Assembly: GCA_026398385.1 (NCBI GenBank) | Contig: JAPLSZ010000251.1 | Span: forward strand, 7,449-49,009 | DNA length: 41,561 nucleotides | Source of the DNA: Kiritimatiellota bacterium | GTDB taxonomy: Bacteria > Verrucomicrobiota > Kiritimatiellia > CAIQIC01 | Direction of reading: 5' to 3' | Shown: positions 9,029 through 18,634 of the stretch, piece after piece | Layout of the letters: each line of letters opens with the position of its first letter | How positions within the stretch are numbered: position 1 is the first letter of the stretch | Translations under genes and position numbers: made by a program | Notes under the pieces: generated by a model | What the model saw: only the letters and a program-made list of their open reading frames with translations | The model's database searches: none | Told to the model about the DNA's origin: nothing

Positions 9029-9196
9029 TGCAGTGGCAAATGCCAAGACTCACAGGCCGGCGGAGCAGCCCGATTCCCTCGCCGCAACCGTTCCGCCCGT
9101 TCCACGGCCCGGTGCGCGGATTCAGCTTCCCGCGCGAGCGTCGCGCCGCCGCAGACAAAACGGCCATCGCCGACCTCCTCCGCGGCCACCGACCGG

Positions 9197-10930
9197 CTAC
9201 CGGGCCATGAACTGATCCGCGAACGCCTTGGCCGAGAGCGGCTGGCCGGTGGCGGCTTCGACATACTTGCGCCAGCCGAGGGTCAGGCCGGGGGCGAAGA
9301 CCTGCTGTTGGAAGTACGTTCCGACCCCGCGGTCGCCCGTGAGGTGGAGCAAGTCGCCGGGCTTGAGGTGGCGCTCGGCGCGGAGTTTCGCGTACATTTG
9401 CGAGGCGAAAAGTTCGCCGAGCATGTAATTGTGGTAATAGACCGGCGCCGAGACGATGTGGATCTTGGCGGCGTAGTCGGGCTCGTTGCGCTGCGGGTCC
9501 GGGGTGAGCAACTGGTACTTCGCCTTGAGCTCCCACCAGAGCTTGTTCAGATCCTGCCCGGGGTTTTCGTACATCGCCTTTTCGAAGCGCAGCATCACCT
9601 GCGTCCAGCGCGAGAAGATGATCTGTTCGAGCTTGAGCGCCTGCTGCGCGGCCGCGGCCAGCGGGGCGACCGCCGCGGGCGGCACGCCGAGGTTATCGCT
9701 GAGCCACGCGGCGTCCTTGGCCTGCCGGCCGAAGAACATGGCCACGCCCTCGGTCGCGAAGATGTGCGCCGCGTCGCGGAGCAGGTAGGGGAGCCGGCGG
9801 TCGGTGTATTTGCTGTACACGCCGTGGCCGAGCTCGTGCAGGAGCGTCCCCATCCACAGCTCGTTGCTCATGAGATTCTGCAGCGTGCGGATGTCGCCTT
9901 CGCGATCGATGTCGGTGCAGAAGGCGTGTGGGCTCTTGCCGGGTTTCTCATAGAGGTCCGACCGGGCGAGGATATCGTCCACGTTGAGGCCGAGGCTGTC
10001 GTAGAATTTCCGGCCGAGTTCCGCGATGTTCCGGCCCTGATAGAGCTGGTTGAGGTTGACCGGGTAGATCTGCGGCGCCTCCTGGAAAAAGAGGTCCTGA
10101 TAATTCCAGGGACGCAGGTCGGCAATCGGCACGCCGAAGCGTTTGGCCATCGCCGCGTCCACCTCGGCCTTGAGGGTCTTGAAGATTCCGGCGGTGTCGG
10201 CGCCGAGCTGGTCGAACAGTTGGAGAAGCTCGGCGCCGTCGAACTCCTGGATGGCGAGCTGGAGGGCGTGGTAGTTGGCGTACCCGGCCGCCCGCGCGCT
10301 CTGGTTGCGCAAGGTCACGAGTTCCCGCAGCTTCGGCTCGATGCGCTTCCCGACCGCCTGATAGGCTTTCCAGGCCGCCTCGACCTCGGCATTGCTGGTC
10401 GAAGTGCGGAGCATCAAGCGGATCTCGTTTTCGGTGACCTTTCGGCCGTTCACCTCCCCGCGGAAGGTGTTGAACAACTGGTCAATCTGGCTGCCGAGCT
10501 CGGTCATCCGGTCGAGGAGCTTGGTATCGACCTGGTAGCCGAGGTGGTTCAGGTAGAGGATGTCGAGCTGCCGGTGGAGCAGCGGGTTCTGTACGGTTCC
10601 GGCCGCGCGCCAGGCCTTGAGCTGGGCGAAGGCCTTCCGGTCGGCGTAGAGCCGGTTCATCTGCATCTCGAGGTCCATCCGTTTCTTGAAGTCCTCGTCC
10701 TTGCCGGTGATGGACGAGGTCCACCACGCGAGCGCACTGGCCTTGCTGAGCGGCTTGAATTTCTTGAGAAACCCGTCGCGCCACTGCGCGAACGCCGCCT
10801 CGTCCTGCGACCGCGCGCCCGCCCCGGCCGGCGCGGGCCGGCCCCTCTCGGCGTGGACGCCCCACACGGCGCAGCCGCCCGTCACGAGTGCGGCCGACAG
10901 GACCGCAATCCGCAGAATTCTGATCTTCAC
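9197..10930 (-). CDS. M2 (ACE-like peptidyl-dipeptidase A) family zinc metallopeptidase, lipoprotein
   Basis: HELGH zinc motif (TLLHELGHGVY), downstream EG(V)A, and the ACE-like WWELKAKYQ...P..R.E.DYAAKIHIVSAPVYYHNY block. Start trimmed to GTG 10930, preceded by GGAGGA. Lipobox LVTGGC. Confidence 0.75.
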   Translation of the reverse strand: MKIRILRIAVLSAALVTGGCAVWGVHAERGRPAPAGAGARSQDEAAFAQWRDGFLKKFKPLSKASALAWWTSSITGKDEDFKKRMDLEMQMNRLYADRKAFAQLKAWRAAGTVQNPLLHRQLDILYLNHLGYQVDTKLLDRMTELGSQIDQLFNTFRGEVNGRKVTENEIRLMLRTSTSNAEVEAAWKAYQAVGKRIEPKLRELVTLRNQSARAAGYANYHALQLAIQEFDGAELLQLFDQLGADTAGIFKTLKAEVDAAMAKRFGVPIADLRPWNYQDLFFQEAPQIYPVNLNQLYQGRNIAELGRKFYDSLGLNVDDILARSDLYEKPGKSPHAFCTDIDREGDIRTLQNLMSNELWMGTLLHELGHGVYSKYTDRRLPYLLRDAAHIFATEGVAMFFGRQAKDAAWLSDNLGVPPAAVAPLAAAAQQALKLEQIIFSRWTQVMLRFEKAMYENPGQDLNKLWWELKAKYQLLTPDPQRNEPDYAAKIHIVSAPVYYHNYMLGELFASQMYAKLRAERHLKPGDLLHLTGDRGVGTYFQQQVFAPGLTLGWRKYVEAATGQPLSAKAFADQFMAR

Positions 10931-11027
10931 ATTCTTCCTCCGTGCTATGCTGGGGGCCAGCGCGCGACACTCCGCCCCGGAAAGATTTCTTGCCAAGTCT
11001 GCGGTCGAACCAGCCTGAGCCGCCGCT

Positions 11028-11543
11028 TTACTTCTTCGCCCTGGGCGCAACGGAGGCGCTGAAAGTCACGTCGTAAGTGAAGGGAACGTCATCGAAAGAA
11101 GCGCCTGGCGTTTTGCGGTAGAGCCTTCCTGTCGCTGTCTGGCCGTCGAACTTCTTCGGTTCGAAGACGTCTTCGGTCGACCCTCCGCTCACCGGCGGCC
11201 CGCCGAACGCCTTGTCGCGCACCGTCACGTTGATCGCTTGGCCCTTCACGTCGATTACGGCCTCGACGGACCGGAGCTTCCCCGCTTGCTCCATCTTCCG
11301 GCGTTCGAAAGCGTCCGTCAGCGCTGCTCCCGATAGCGGTACGTCGGTCAGGAGGATGAGGACGTCCTCACTCTTCTCTTCGAAGAAGCCCTTCTGCGCA
11401 TGTGCATAGGCGTGCCTGAGTTGCACGGGCTTCTTAGCGACGGTAAGCGTTCCCGCAGCCTGCCCCTCACCGGCTTTGGCCGGCATGACGAAAAAAAGCG
11501 AAAGCACAGAAACGGCAGCAAGCATAACAGCGTGTTTCTTCAT
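11028..11543 (-). CDS. Hypothetical secreted protein
   Basis: 171 aa with signal peptide MKKHAVMLAAVSVLSLFFVMPAKA. Co-oriented upstream of the M2 peptidase. No recognisable domain. Confidence 0.55.
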   Translation of the reverse strand: MKKHAVMLAAVSVLSLFFVMPAKAGEGQAAGTLTVAKKPVQLRHAYAHAQKGFFEEKSEDVLILLTDVPLSGAALTDAFERRKMEQAGKLRSVEAVIDVKGQAINVTVRDKAFGGPPVSGGSTEDVFEPKKFDGQTATGRLYRKTPGASFDDVPFTYDVTFSASVAPRAKK

Positions 11544-11984
11544 AAGCTCTCCTTCGGGTTCAGTCTATATCACCATCTGACACGATTCAATCCAGAACCG
11601 TGTCGCTCTTGAGGTACCTCGCCCAGCGCCGTCTTCCGTGCCGCCTGGGTGCCGTACATCAGCATGCTTTCATTATTGCCTGTTGGCGGGGTCTGTCCAA
11701 CCCTTTATCCCGCCCGAAGTAGTGAAGCCCCGACGCTGCGAAACACGAGTTCGGCGTCGCTGAGAAGCTATGCCCGTCTCTTTAGCCCGACAGCAGCGAG
11801 GTTTTCAAGGGCGCAGCGGGTTCCGGGCCGGCCGCCGGCTGGTCCGCCTTGCTGGTGCCGCGCTTGGCAACATGCTGGGTCGCGACTCGGTCGCGGAGGA
11901 TCTTGAGGCACAGCGCCGTGTGATGTTCCAAGCGCGGCATCCACTGAAATTCGCATCTGGGCGTTGATTTCAGGAGCTTGCGGC

Positions 11985-12061
11985 TGGTGGGCCCGGTAGG
12001 ACTCGAACCTACGACCAGAGGATTATGAGTCGCCTGCTCTGACCAACTGAGCTACGGGCCC
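11985..12061 (-). tRNA. tRNA with CAT anticodon (elongator Met, or Ile2 if lysidinylated), CCA encoded
   Basis: Reverse complement reads GGGCCCG-TA-GCTC-AGTTGGTCA-GAGC-A-GGCGA-CTCATAA-TCCTC-TGGTC-GTAGG-TTCGAGT-CCTAC-CGGGCCC-A-CCA. G1:C72 are paired, so it is not an initiator. There is one C:C mismatch in the anticodon stem. Confidence 0.9.
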
Positions 12062-12244
12062 GCGCGATGTACCAGCGAAACCCTAGCCTGTCCGGTCCGT
12101 AAATGCAAGAGCCCCGCCGGCCCGGCGGCGAAACTGTTGGCCGGCGAAAGGATGTCGTGGCTGGGCGCGCAGGCGCCCGCGGCGGCCTTCCGGTGCGCGT
12201 GAAACGGATTGACATTCCGGCGAAAAAATAGAGAATTTCCCGGC

Positions 12245-13492
12245 ATGTACATCCTATCTATCGCACGCCGCAAACTTTCCACACGCCGGCCCGCTCGATG
12301 GCCGGCCGCCATACTCGGTCTGTCCCTGGCCGGCGGCTGGGCGGGCGCGGCCGATTGGCCGCAGTGGCGCGGCCCCACGCGCGACGGCCTTTCCGCCGAG
12401 ACCGGCTGGTCCACCGCGTGGCCGGCCGACGGCCCGCGGCAACTCTGGAAATTCAGCGCCGGCATCGGCTGCTCATCGGTCAGCGTCAGCCAGGGTCGCG
12501 TCTACACTCTGGGCAACCGCGCGGATACCGACACGGTGTATGCCCTGGACGAGAAAACCGGCGCGGTGCTCTGGAAACACAGCTATGCCTGTCCGCTGGA
12601 TCCCAATTTGTTTGAAGGCGGCCCGGCGGCGACGCCGACGGTGGATGGCGATCGGGTATACACGCTCAGCCGCTCCGGACATCTGTGCTGCCTGCGCGCG
12701 GACACCGGCCAGGTGCTCTGGGCCAAGAACCTGTCGAGCGATCTGGGCGGTAAGCGGCCCACCTGGGGCTACGCCGGCTCGCCTGTCGTGGTGGAGAAAC
12801 GGTTGATCCTCGACGTGGGCGCCCCCGGTGCGGCGACCATGGCGCTCGACAAGCTGACCGGCCAGGTGCTCTGGAAAAACGGCAAAGATTCCGCCGGTTA
12901 CAGCACGTTGCTGCCCTTCGTTTGGCAGGGGCAGACCGTCCTGGCCTCCTTTAACGCCGCCGGCCTGGCCGTGCGTGCCGCGAACGACGGGAAGGAACTG
13001 GCGCATTTTCCCTGGAAGACTTCCTACGATGTCAATGCCGCCACGCCGATCGTCGCCGGAGGCAAGATTTTCATTTCCTCCGGCTACAACCGCGGCGGCG
13101 CGCTGCTGCAACTTTCCGCGGGCAACTTGAAGGCCCTGTGGGAACACAAGAAAATGCGCAACCATTTCAACAGTTGCGTGCTGTGGCAGGGCCAGCTCTA
13201 CGGCTTTGATGAAAGCACCCTGACCTGTCTGGACTTCGCCACCGGCGCGGCGCGGTGGCAGCAGGAAGGCCTCGGCAAGGGCTCCTTGATGCTGGCCGGC
13301 GGCAAGCTGGTCATTCAGTCGGAAAAAGGCGATCTCGTGATCGCGGACGCCGCTCCGGGCGCCTATCGGGAACTGGCCCGCGCCAAGGTGCTCGGCGGCC
13401 GGTGCTGGGTCGTGCCGGTGCTGGCCAACGGCCGCGTATACTGCAAGAACAACAACGGCGAGTTGGTCTGTCTGGACGTCTCCGGAAAATAA
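12245..13492 (+). CDS. PQQ-like beta-propeller repeat protein (BamB-like fold), secreted
   Basis: Signal peptide, then DWPQWRGPTRDG. Repeated VYALD..TG..LW / G.VY blades. Start trimmed to ATG 12245. Confidence 0.8.
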   Translation: MYILSIARRKLSTRRPARWPAAILGLSLAGGWAGAADWPQWRGPTRDGLSAETGWSTAWPADGPRQLWKFSAGIGCSSVSVSQGRVYTLGNRADTDTVYALDEKTGAVLWKHSYACPLDPNLFEGGPAATPTVDGDRVYTLSRSGHLCCLRADTGQVLWAKNLSSDLGGKRPTWGYAGSPVVVEKRLILDVGAPGAATMALDKLTGQVLWKNGKDSAGYSTLLPFVWQGQTVLASFNAAGLAVRAANDGKELAHFPWKTSYDVNAATPIVAGGKIFISSGYNRGGALLQLSAGNLKALWEHKKMRNHFNSCVLWQGQLYGFDESTLTCLDFATGAARWQQEGLGKGSLMLAGGKLVIQSEKGDLVIADAAPGAYRELARAKVLGGRCWVVPVLANGRVYCKNNNGELVCLDVSGK

Positions 13493-13576
13493 GCGATGTA
13501 GCGGTTAACGCAAAGGCGCGAAGGTTGGCGGAAGGCGCAGAGAAGAGAATTCAAAGGCGGAAAGAATCGGAGTTTG

Positions 13577-13597
13577 AGCCACGGATGAACACGGATG
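13577..13597 (+). repeat. Copy 1 of the AGCCACGGATGAACACGGATG repeat, preceded by a purine-rich tract
   Basis: Identical 21-mer at 19987-20007; the first 20 nt recur at 21525-21544. All three are preceded by GA-rich sequence. Confidence 0.85.
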
Positions 13598-13629
13598 CAG
13601 GCACAGCCGGAAAGTGATTTTCCTTGTGG

Positions 13630-13648
13630 GCGGGACTTCCAGTCCCGC
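13630..13648. repeat. GC hairpin unit GCGGGAC-TTCCA-GTCCCGC (same family as 26520-26538 and 26563-26581)
   Basis: 7-bp stem, 5-nt loop, with the shared left flank CCTTGTGGGCGG. Compared with the 26.5-kb copies, the A:T stem pair is replaced by G:C on both sides. Confidence 0.8.
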
Positions 13649-13764
13649 GCCTCCGCCCTTGGCGGGCTTGGCGGTTAAAATTCTTTGCCGAAGAACAAGA
13701 TTTTGAACATTAGCTATGCGAAGGCCGAGCTTTCGCAGTTTAACTGTTTTCCTCAGGTTCAACC

Positions 13765-16413
13765 GTGTCTGATTTCAGCCCGTTCTTCCGCGCGCACGCC
13801 CACCGGCTGCAGCAGGCCGCGCTGTATTGGCCGCGGCCGAACCCAGGCTGGGGTAATCCGCCGTGGTCGGCCGCCGGCTTGAAGCTGATGATCATCCGGC
13901 TGTCGTCGTTCCGCGACGTGGACCGTTCGACGCCGCACCTGTTTTTGGCCGACGCGGCGCGGCGCGGGGCGTCCGAGGCCTTCGTGGATTTCGCGTTCTT
14001 CCCGCCGCCGCGCGACCGGCAGTTGCTGCGCGCGTACGGCGTGCCGCTGCTGAGCGGGATCGTCTCGGGCCGCACGGCGGAGGACTTCGACTGGGTGCTG
14101 ATCTCCAATGCCTACACGCTGGAATTGATCAACCTGCCCTTTCTGCTGCTGCATTCCGGCATCCCGCCGCTGGCGACGGACCGCGCGGGCCGCTGGCCGC
14201 CGTTCGTGCTCGGCGGCGCGAACGCCATGGCCGCGCAGGCGCTCGTCGGCGCCCGCGCCGAAAGTTTTGTGGAGGCGATCTTCTTCGGCGAGGGCGAGGG
14301 CCAGGTCGAGAAACTGGTGCGGGGCTTCGGGAAACACGCGCCGTTGCTCCGGGATGCGGCGGCGGGTGCGCCCGCCGTCGCCCCCGGCCCGGGCACTGCT
14401 TCGGCCGCAGCACCCCGTTTCGTGGCCGCCAGGAAGCGCTTGCTGGCGCTGGCGCGCGACATCCCCGGCCTGTGGATCACCGGTCGTTGGCCGGAGCGAC
14501 CGCTCCGCAAGGCCATCTGGACGCAGCGCGGCGTGAAGCGCGTGCCGATGGCCTATCCCGCGCTGAACGGGCCGGAGGCGGGTACGGGCCGGCTGCAGAT
14601 CAGCCGCGGCTGCCCGGCCTTCTGCGCGTTCTGTTTTGAGGGCTACGACCGCAAGCCGTACCGCGAAGTCGCGGCGGCCGACCTGCTGGCGCAGGCGCGG
14701 GCCCTCAAGCGGACGCAGGGCTGCGACACCCTGGAGCTAACCAGCTTCAACTTCAACACGCACAGCGAAATCCTATCCCTGCTGCCGGAAATGAACCGGC
14801 TGTTCGACCGCGTCCGCTGCATGAGCCAGCGGGCGGATCTCCTGCAGGAGCTGCCGGAGCTCCTCGGCGCCGAGCTGACGGCCGACAAGCGGTCGTACAC
14901 GCTCGGCCTCGAGGGCGTCAGCGCGCGGCTGCGCGCCTTCCTGCACAAGAGCCTGGACACGGCGGCGCTGCAGGCCCTGCTGGCGCGCTTGCTGCGCGAA
15001 AAGGTGCGCGAGCTGAAGCTTTTTTTCCTGCTCACCGGCCACGAAACCGCGGCCGACGAGTCCGAATTCGCCGGCTTTTGCCGCCAGGTGCAAGCGCTGC
15101 GCCGTGAGAACAATCCGGGTTTGCGCGTGCTGTTCAGCTTCGGCCTGCTGGTCCGCATGCCGTTTACGCCGCTGCGCTACGACCGGCTGCGGCTGGAGCC
15201 GGCCGGCTGGGAGTCGCTGATCCGCGCCGCGCGCGGCGCGGTGGAGTCCGCCGGTTTCGAGTTCCGGCTGGCGACGCCGTGGACTGATTACGCGGCCACG
15301 CAAATCCTCGCGCTGGCGCCCTACGGGTTGGCCGAGCCCCTGGAGGCCCTGGCGCGGGCCGGTTTCTGTTACGATCAGACGCTGGATCCGGAATATGTGC
15401 GGCGGTTGCGCGTCTGGATGACCGAACACGGGCTTTGGACGGAGACCTGGCTGGGCGAAAAACCGGCGACGTATCCGTTCGCCTTCGCCTTCGTGCAGTC
15501 CAACGTCCCGCCGGCTTTTCTATTCCGCCAGTATCAGGCGGCGCGGGCGGGCCGCGACGATGGCTACTGCCTGGGCCGGTCCGCCGCGCCGGGCCGCTGC
15601 CGGGCCTGCGGCGCCTGCCATACCACGGCGGAGCGGCGGCGGCTGACGGCGCACCGCTGGCGGCGCCCCGCGGATCCCGCCTGGCTGGAAAAATTCGCCG
15701 CGCTCATGGACGCCAAGGCGCGGCCGCCGACGCTCTACGGCCGTTTCTGGCTGGCGCCGGAACTCGCCGGCGCCGATTCCGCCTGGCTCAACGCGCGCGT
15801 CCTGCGCGCGCTGCTGGCCGCGCTGCCGAAGCAGACCGACAACCTGCGGGCGGCCCGCGAGAGCCTCTTCACGGTGGGCGCCAACAGCGCACGCTTCCCG
15901 ATCTTTTCCGGCGAGACGGTCTTTGCGCTGAAGGCGTGGGACGCGGCCCCGCTGCGGGCCGCGCTCGGGGGCTTGCCAGCGGTGGCCAGCCTGTGCTCCG
16001 GAGCATCGCCGGCTCATCGCCGGCGTACCGCCGCGGATCCGACCTTGTCTCCGGAGATCCGCTGGCTGGGCGGCGTGGAACCTTTTGAACCGGGCGTGTT
16101 CCGATCCCGGCCGCTGGAACTGCGGCTGCCGGCTGAATTCTTCCCCCGGGCTGATGCGGTGTTTCAACGCTGGCTGCTGGCCCGTCATGTGCCGTTCAGC
16201 CTCCGCCGCACGCCCCGGGGCTATCGGCTGGACCTCGCCAAACCACGGCCGTCCGGACTGGCCGCCGCCGAGGTGATCGCCATGCCGGCGGAGTTCATCG
16301 CCCACCTGACCGTCGGCCCGAAATTCGATCTCGGCGATTTGTTGGCGGCGTGGGGGGTGGACGGCCTGTTCCGCGAAGCGACCGTGATCTTTGGCGGCGA
16401 AAACGACGCTTGA
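13765..16413 (+). CDS. Radical SAM protein, fused TIGR03960-like (B12-binding-like N-domain + radical SAM core) and DUF2344/TIGR03936-like C-domain
   Basis: CxxxCxxC cluster motif in ISRGCPAFCAFCFEG. N-domain FDWVLISNAYTLELINLPFLLLHSGIPPL...FVLGGANA...FFGEGEG. GTG start at 13765. The family assignment is from memory. Confidence 0.8.
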   Translation: MSDFSPFFRAHAHRLQQAALYWPRPNPGWGNPPWSAAGLKLMIIRLSSFRDVDRSTPHLFLADAARRGASEAFVDFAFFPPPRDRQLLRAYGVPLLSGIVSGRTAEDFDWVLISNAYTLELINLPFLLLHSGIPPLATDRAGRWPPFVLGGANAMAAQALVGARAESFVEAIFFGEGEGQVEKLVRGFGKHAPLLRDAAAGAPAVAPGPGTASAAAPRFVAARKRLLALARDIPGLWITGRWPERPLRKAIWTQRGVKRVPMAYPALNGPEAGTGRLQISRGCPAFCAFCFEGYDRKPYREVAAADLLAQARALKRTQGCDTLELTSFNFNTHSEILSLLPEMNRLFDRVRCMSQRADLLQELPELLGAELTADKRSYTLGLEGVSARLRAFLHKSLDTAALQALLARLLREKVRELKLFFLLTGHETAADESEFAGFCRQVQALRRENNPGLRVLFSFGLLVRMPFTPLRYDRLRLEPAGWESLIRAARGAVESAGFEFRLATPWTDYAATQILALAPYGLAEPLEALARAGFCYDQTLDPEYVRRLRVWMTEHGLWTETWLGEKPATYPFAFAFVQSNVPPAFLFRQYQAARAGRDDGYCLGRSAAPGRCRACGACHTTAERRRLTAHRWRRPADPAWLEKFAALMDAKARPPTLYGRFWLAPELAGADSAWLNARVLRALLAALPKQTDNLRAARESLFTVGANSARFPIFSGETVFALKAWDAAPLRAALGGLPAVASLCSGASPAHRRRTAADPTLSPEIRWLGGVEPFEPGVFRSRPLELRLPAEFFPRADAVFQRWLLARHVPFSLRRTPRGYRLDLAKPRPSGLAAAEVIAMPAEFIAHLTVGPKFDLGDLLAAWGVDGLFREATVIFGGENDA

Positions 16414-16422
16414 CCGGCGGCG

Positions 16423-17658
16423 TCAGTCCGCGCGACAGATCGCGCCCTTGAGGTATTCGCTCTCCGGAAAGATCGCCAGCACGGGATGGTCCGGCGGCTG
16501 GCCCAGCGTTTCCAGGATCTGCACCGGCCGTTGCGCGTCCACCGCGGCCCAGCCGAGCATCTGCCGGAAATCCATCGGCGTCACCAGCCCCGAACACGAG
16601 AACGTCGCCAGGATGCCGCCGGGCGCGAGCAGTTTCATCGCCAGCAGATTGATGTCCTTGTAGGCCCGCAGACCCTTGGCCAACTGCGCGCGGTTGGCCA
16701 CGAATTTCGGCGGATCGAGCACGATCAGGTCGAACGCGCGGCCCGCGTCGCGCAGCCGCCGCAGCGCCTCGGGCACGTCGGCGCGTTCGTACGCCGCCGG
16801 AGCGGCGAGGCCGTTGAGCCGGTGGTGTGCGCGCGCCCGCTCCAGCGCCGGTTCCGAGCGGTCGAGGCCGAGCACCTCCGCGGCGCCGGCCGCCGCGGCG
16901 TGGACCTCAAAGGCGCCGGTATAGCAATAGGCGCTCAGCATCCGCCGGCCGCGCGCATAGGTCGCCACGCGTCGCCGGTTATCGCGTTGATCGAGAAAGA
17001 AACCGGTTTTCTGCCCGCCGCCGGGGTCCACGTCGAACAGCAGGCCGTGCTCCCGGATGCGCACCGGGCCGGCCGGCGGGGCGCCGCCCAGCGCCGCCAG
17101 CTGGGCCGCGTCCAGCCCCTCACGCACCGCGTCGTCACCGGTGGCGGCGACCAGCACGGACGCCGCGCCGGTGAGCCGCCGCAGTTCGTCGAGCAAGCCC
17201 GGCACGAACCGGAGCAGGGCCGCGGAGCCCACCTGTACGGCCAGCGTCTCCGCGTAGCGATCCACGATCAGGCCGGACAGCCCGTCCGACTCCGCGAACA
17301 CCAGCCGCCACGCGTTGGTGATGGCGTTCGCGCCTTCCCCGTAGCCGGGCAACTGCCGGCGTCGCGCCAGCGCGCGTTCGAGCGCGGCCGCCCAGAACGG
17401 CTCGTCCAGCGCCTGCGTCGCCTGCCAGGTATAGAGCCGCACCGCCAGCGCGGCATCCGGATGGGCCAGCCCGCGGGCCAGCCAGCGCCCATTGGCCGCG
17501 AGGACGTCCGTGACCGCCCCCACGGTTGGCGCGCCGCGCCACTCGGCGATCGCGCCGGAGAAAACCCAGGGATGGCCCTGCACAATGTGCTTTTCCCGCC
17601 CGTGCTTTAACCGTGCCACGGCCGCGCATAGGCCGCAGCCTGCTGGTGTTGCGCTCAT
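16423..17658 (-). CDS. rlmI: 23S rRNA (cytosine1962-C5)-methyltransferase RlmI-like (PUA + class I SAM MTase)
   Basis: LKHGREKHIVQGHPWVFSGAI; KTGFFLDQRDNR; LDPPKFV...AYKDINLLAMKLLAPGGILATFSCSG; DHPVLAIFPESEYLKGAICR. These closely parallel E. coli RlmI. Confidence 0.8.
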   Translation of the reverse strand: MSATPAGCGLCAAVARLKHGREKHIVQGHPWVFSGAIAEWRGAPTVGAVTDVLAANGRWLARGLAHPDAALAVRLYTWQATQALDEPFWAAALERALARRRQLPGYGEGANAITNAWRLVFAESDGLSGLIVDRYAETLAVQVGSAALLRFVPGLLDELRRLTGAASVLVAATGDDAVREGLDAAQLAALGGAPPAGPVRIREHGLLFDVDPGGGQKTGFFLDQRDNRRRVATYARGRRMLSAYCYTGAFEVHAAAAGAAEVLGLDRSEPALERARAHHRLNGLAAPAAYERADVPEALRRLRDAGRAFDLIVLDPPKFVANRAQLAKGLRAYKDINLLAMKLLAPGGILATFSCSGLVTPMDFRQMLGWAAVDAQRPVQILETLGQPPDHPVLAIFPESEYLKGAICRAD

Positions 17659-17783
17659 GCCGCCAGCTTAGGATGACGCCGGCGCCGGGGCGACACCAAA
17701 ATGTCGTCGTGTGGAAATTACGAGCCTTCCCATCAGCCTGCGGACATTTTAGCTCGTAGACGTGGCCGCCGGCCGCATTCGAA

Positions 17784-17800
17784 AGCGGCGGGACGCCGCT
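17784..17800 (-). terminator. Possible weak intrinsic terminator after the pseudopilin gene
   Basis: AGCGGCG-GGA-CGCCGCT 7-bp stem. On the minus strand it is followed by only TTC GAAT, so the T-run is poor. Confidence 0.25.
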
Positions 17801-17905
17801 TCTACGTCCTGCGATGTCCTTCAACCTATTGGGAAGGGCCGCAAGTTGAACCCGCTGGCGCGCGCGGTCGCGGCCGGACGGCGAGCCGGGAGCGAGTGAA
17901 TCGCT

Positions 17906-18634
17906 TCAGTGAAAGCGCGTCGCTTCCTTTTTCTTTGTTTCTGCTTGCTGGGTCCGCGACTCGATCCGATTTCCGGCCGGGATGAGAACCTTCGCGTTGG
18001 CCATGGCGCGGATTCCGGCGACCAGGGCCGTGATGTCCAGCCGCGCGGCGCGCGGCACGCTGGAAGTCTGGCCGGCCCCGGCCGGAGGCCACTGGTCATG
18101 CCATGTTTGGCCGTCAAACAGCCGGATTTCCAACTGCGCCAGGTGGCGGATGATTTCGTTCGTACGGGGCGGCTGCCAGGCGCCGGGGCCGGCCAGCGGC
18201 TGGCTGGCGCAGAGCAGCAGGGCGCCGGCGTCCGCCTGTTCCAGCAGGCGGTACGTCACGCGTTCGAGGTTGGCCCAGCGCTCCTCCGGTTCGCCCGGCG
18301 CCGTGGCGCCGCGGCAGAACGACAGTTCCCAGAGGGCGTTGGAAGCGGCCGCGCCGGTGAGCAACAGGAACTTGGCCTGGGGGTCGTCGGCGGCGACGAA
18401 GGTGCGCTCCAGATCGCCGGCCAGCCGACGCAGCGCGCCGCGCGCCGCGTCCTCCGGCGCCTGGCGCCCGGCCTGGCTGCGATGCACGGCGGTGACCAGG
18501 GCGTACGCGGAAAAAATCAGGACGCACAGCATCACCGCCAGGCTCAGGGCCACGATGATCTCAATCAACGTGAAGGCGCCGGCTGGCGCGCCCGGCCGGT
18601 TACTTGATGCGGGAGATGTAGATAAAAAGCGCAA
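17906..18634 (-). CDS. Prepilin-type N-terminal cleavage/methylation domain protein (GspJ/PulJ-like minor pseudopilin)
   Basis: N-terminus ...PAGAFTLIEIIVALSLAVMLCVLIF is the classic pseudopilin motif. TTG is the only available start, at 18634, overlapping the upstream FHA gene by 35 nt. Confidence 0.7.
   Translation of the reverse strand: MRFLSTSPASSNRPGAPAGAFTLIEIIVALSLAVMLCVLIFSAYALVTAVHRSQAGRQAPEDAARGALRRLAGDLERTFVAADDPQAKFLLLTGAAASNALWELSFCRGATAPGEPEERWANLERVTYRLLEQADAGALLLCASQPLAGPGAWQPPRTNEIIRHLAQLEIRLFDGQTWHDQWPPAGAGQTSSVPRAARLDITALVAGIRAMANAKVLIPAGNRIESRTQQAETKKKEATRFH

Noticed and set aside
9308-11062. 584-aa + strand ORF antisense to the M2 peptidase. Similar long shadow ORFs occur at 4378-5634(-), 5664-6941(-), 35335-36876(-) and 39861-41282(+)
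   Set aside because: They have no motifs, biased composition, and each mirrors a confidently assigned gene on the other strand.
11544-11984. A lower-GC non-coding stretch of about 440 bp next to the tRNA 3' end, considered as a possible integration scar or genomic-island border
   Set aside because: There is no integrase or excisionase ORF, and I could find no direct repeat of the tRNA 3' end in the window. The only open frame (MPRLEHHTALCLKILRDRVATQHVAKRG..., about 52 aa, minus strand) has no recognisable family. The evidence is insufficient.
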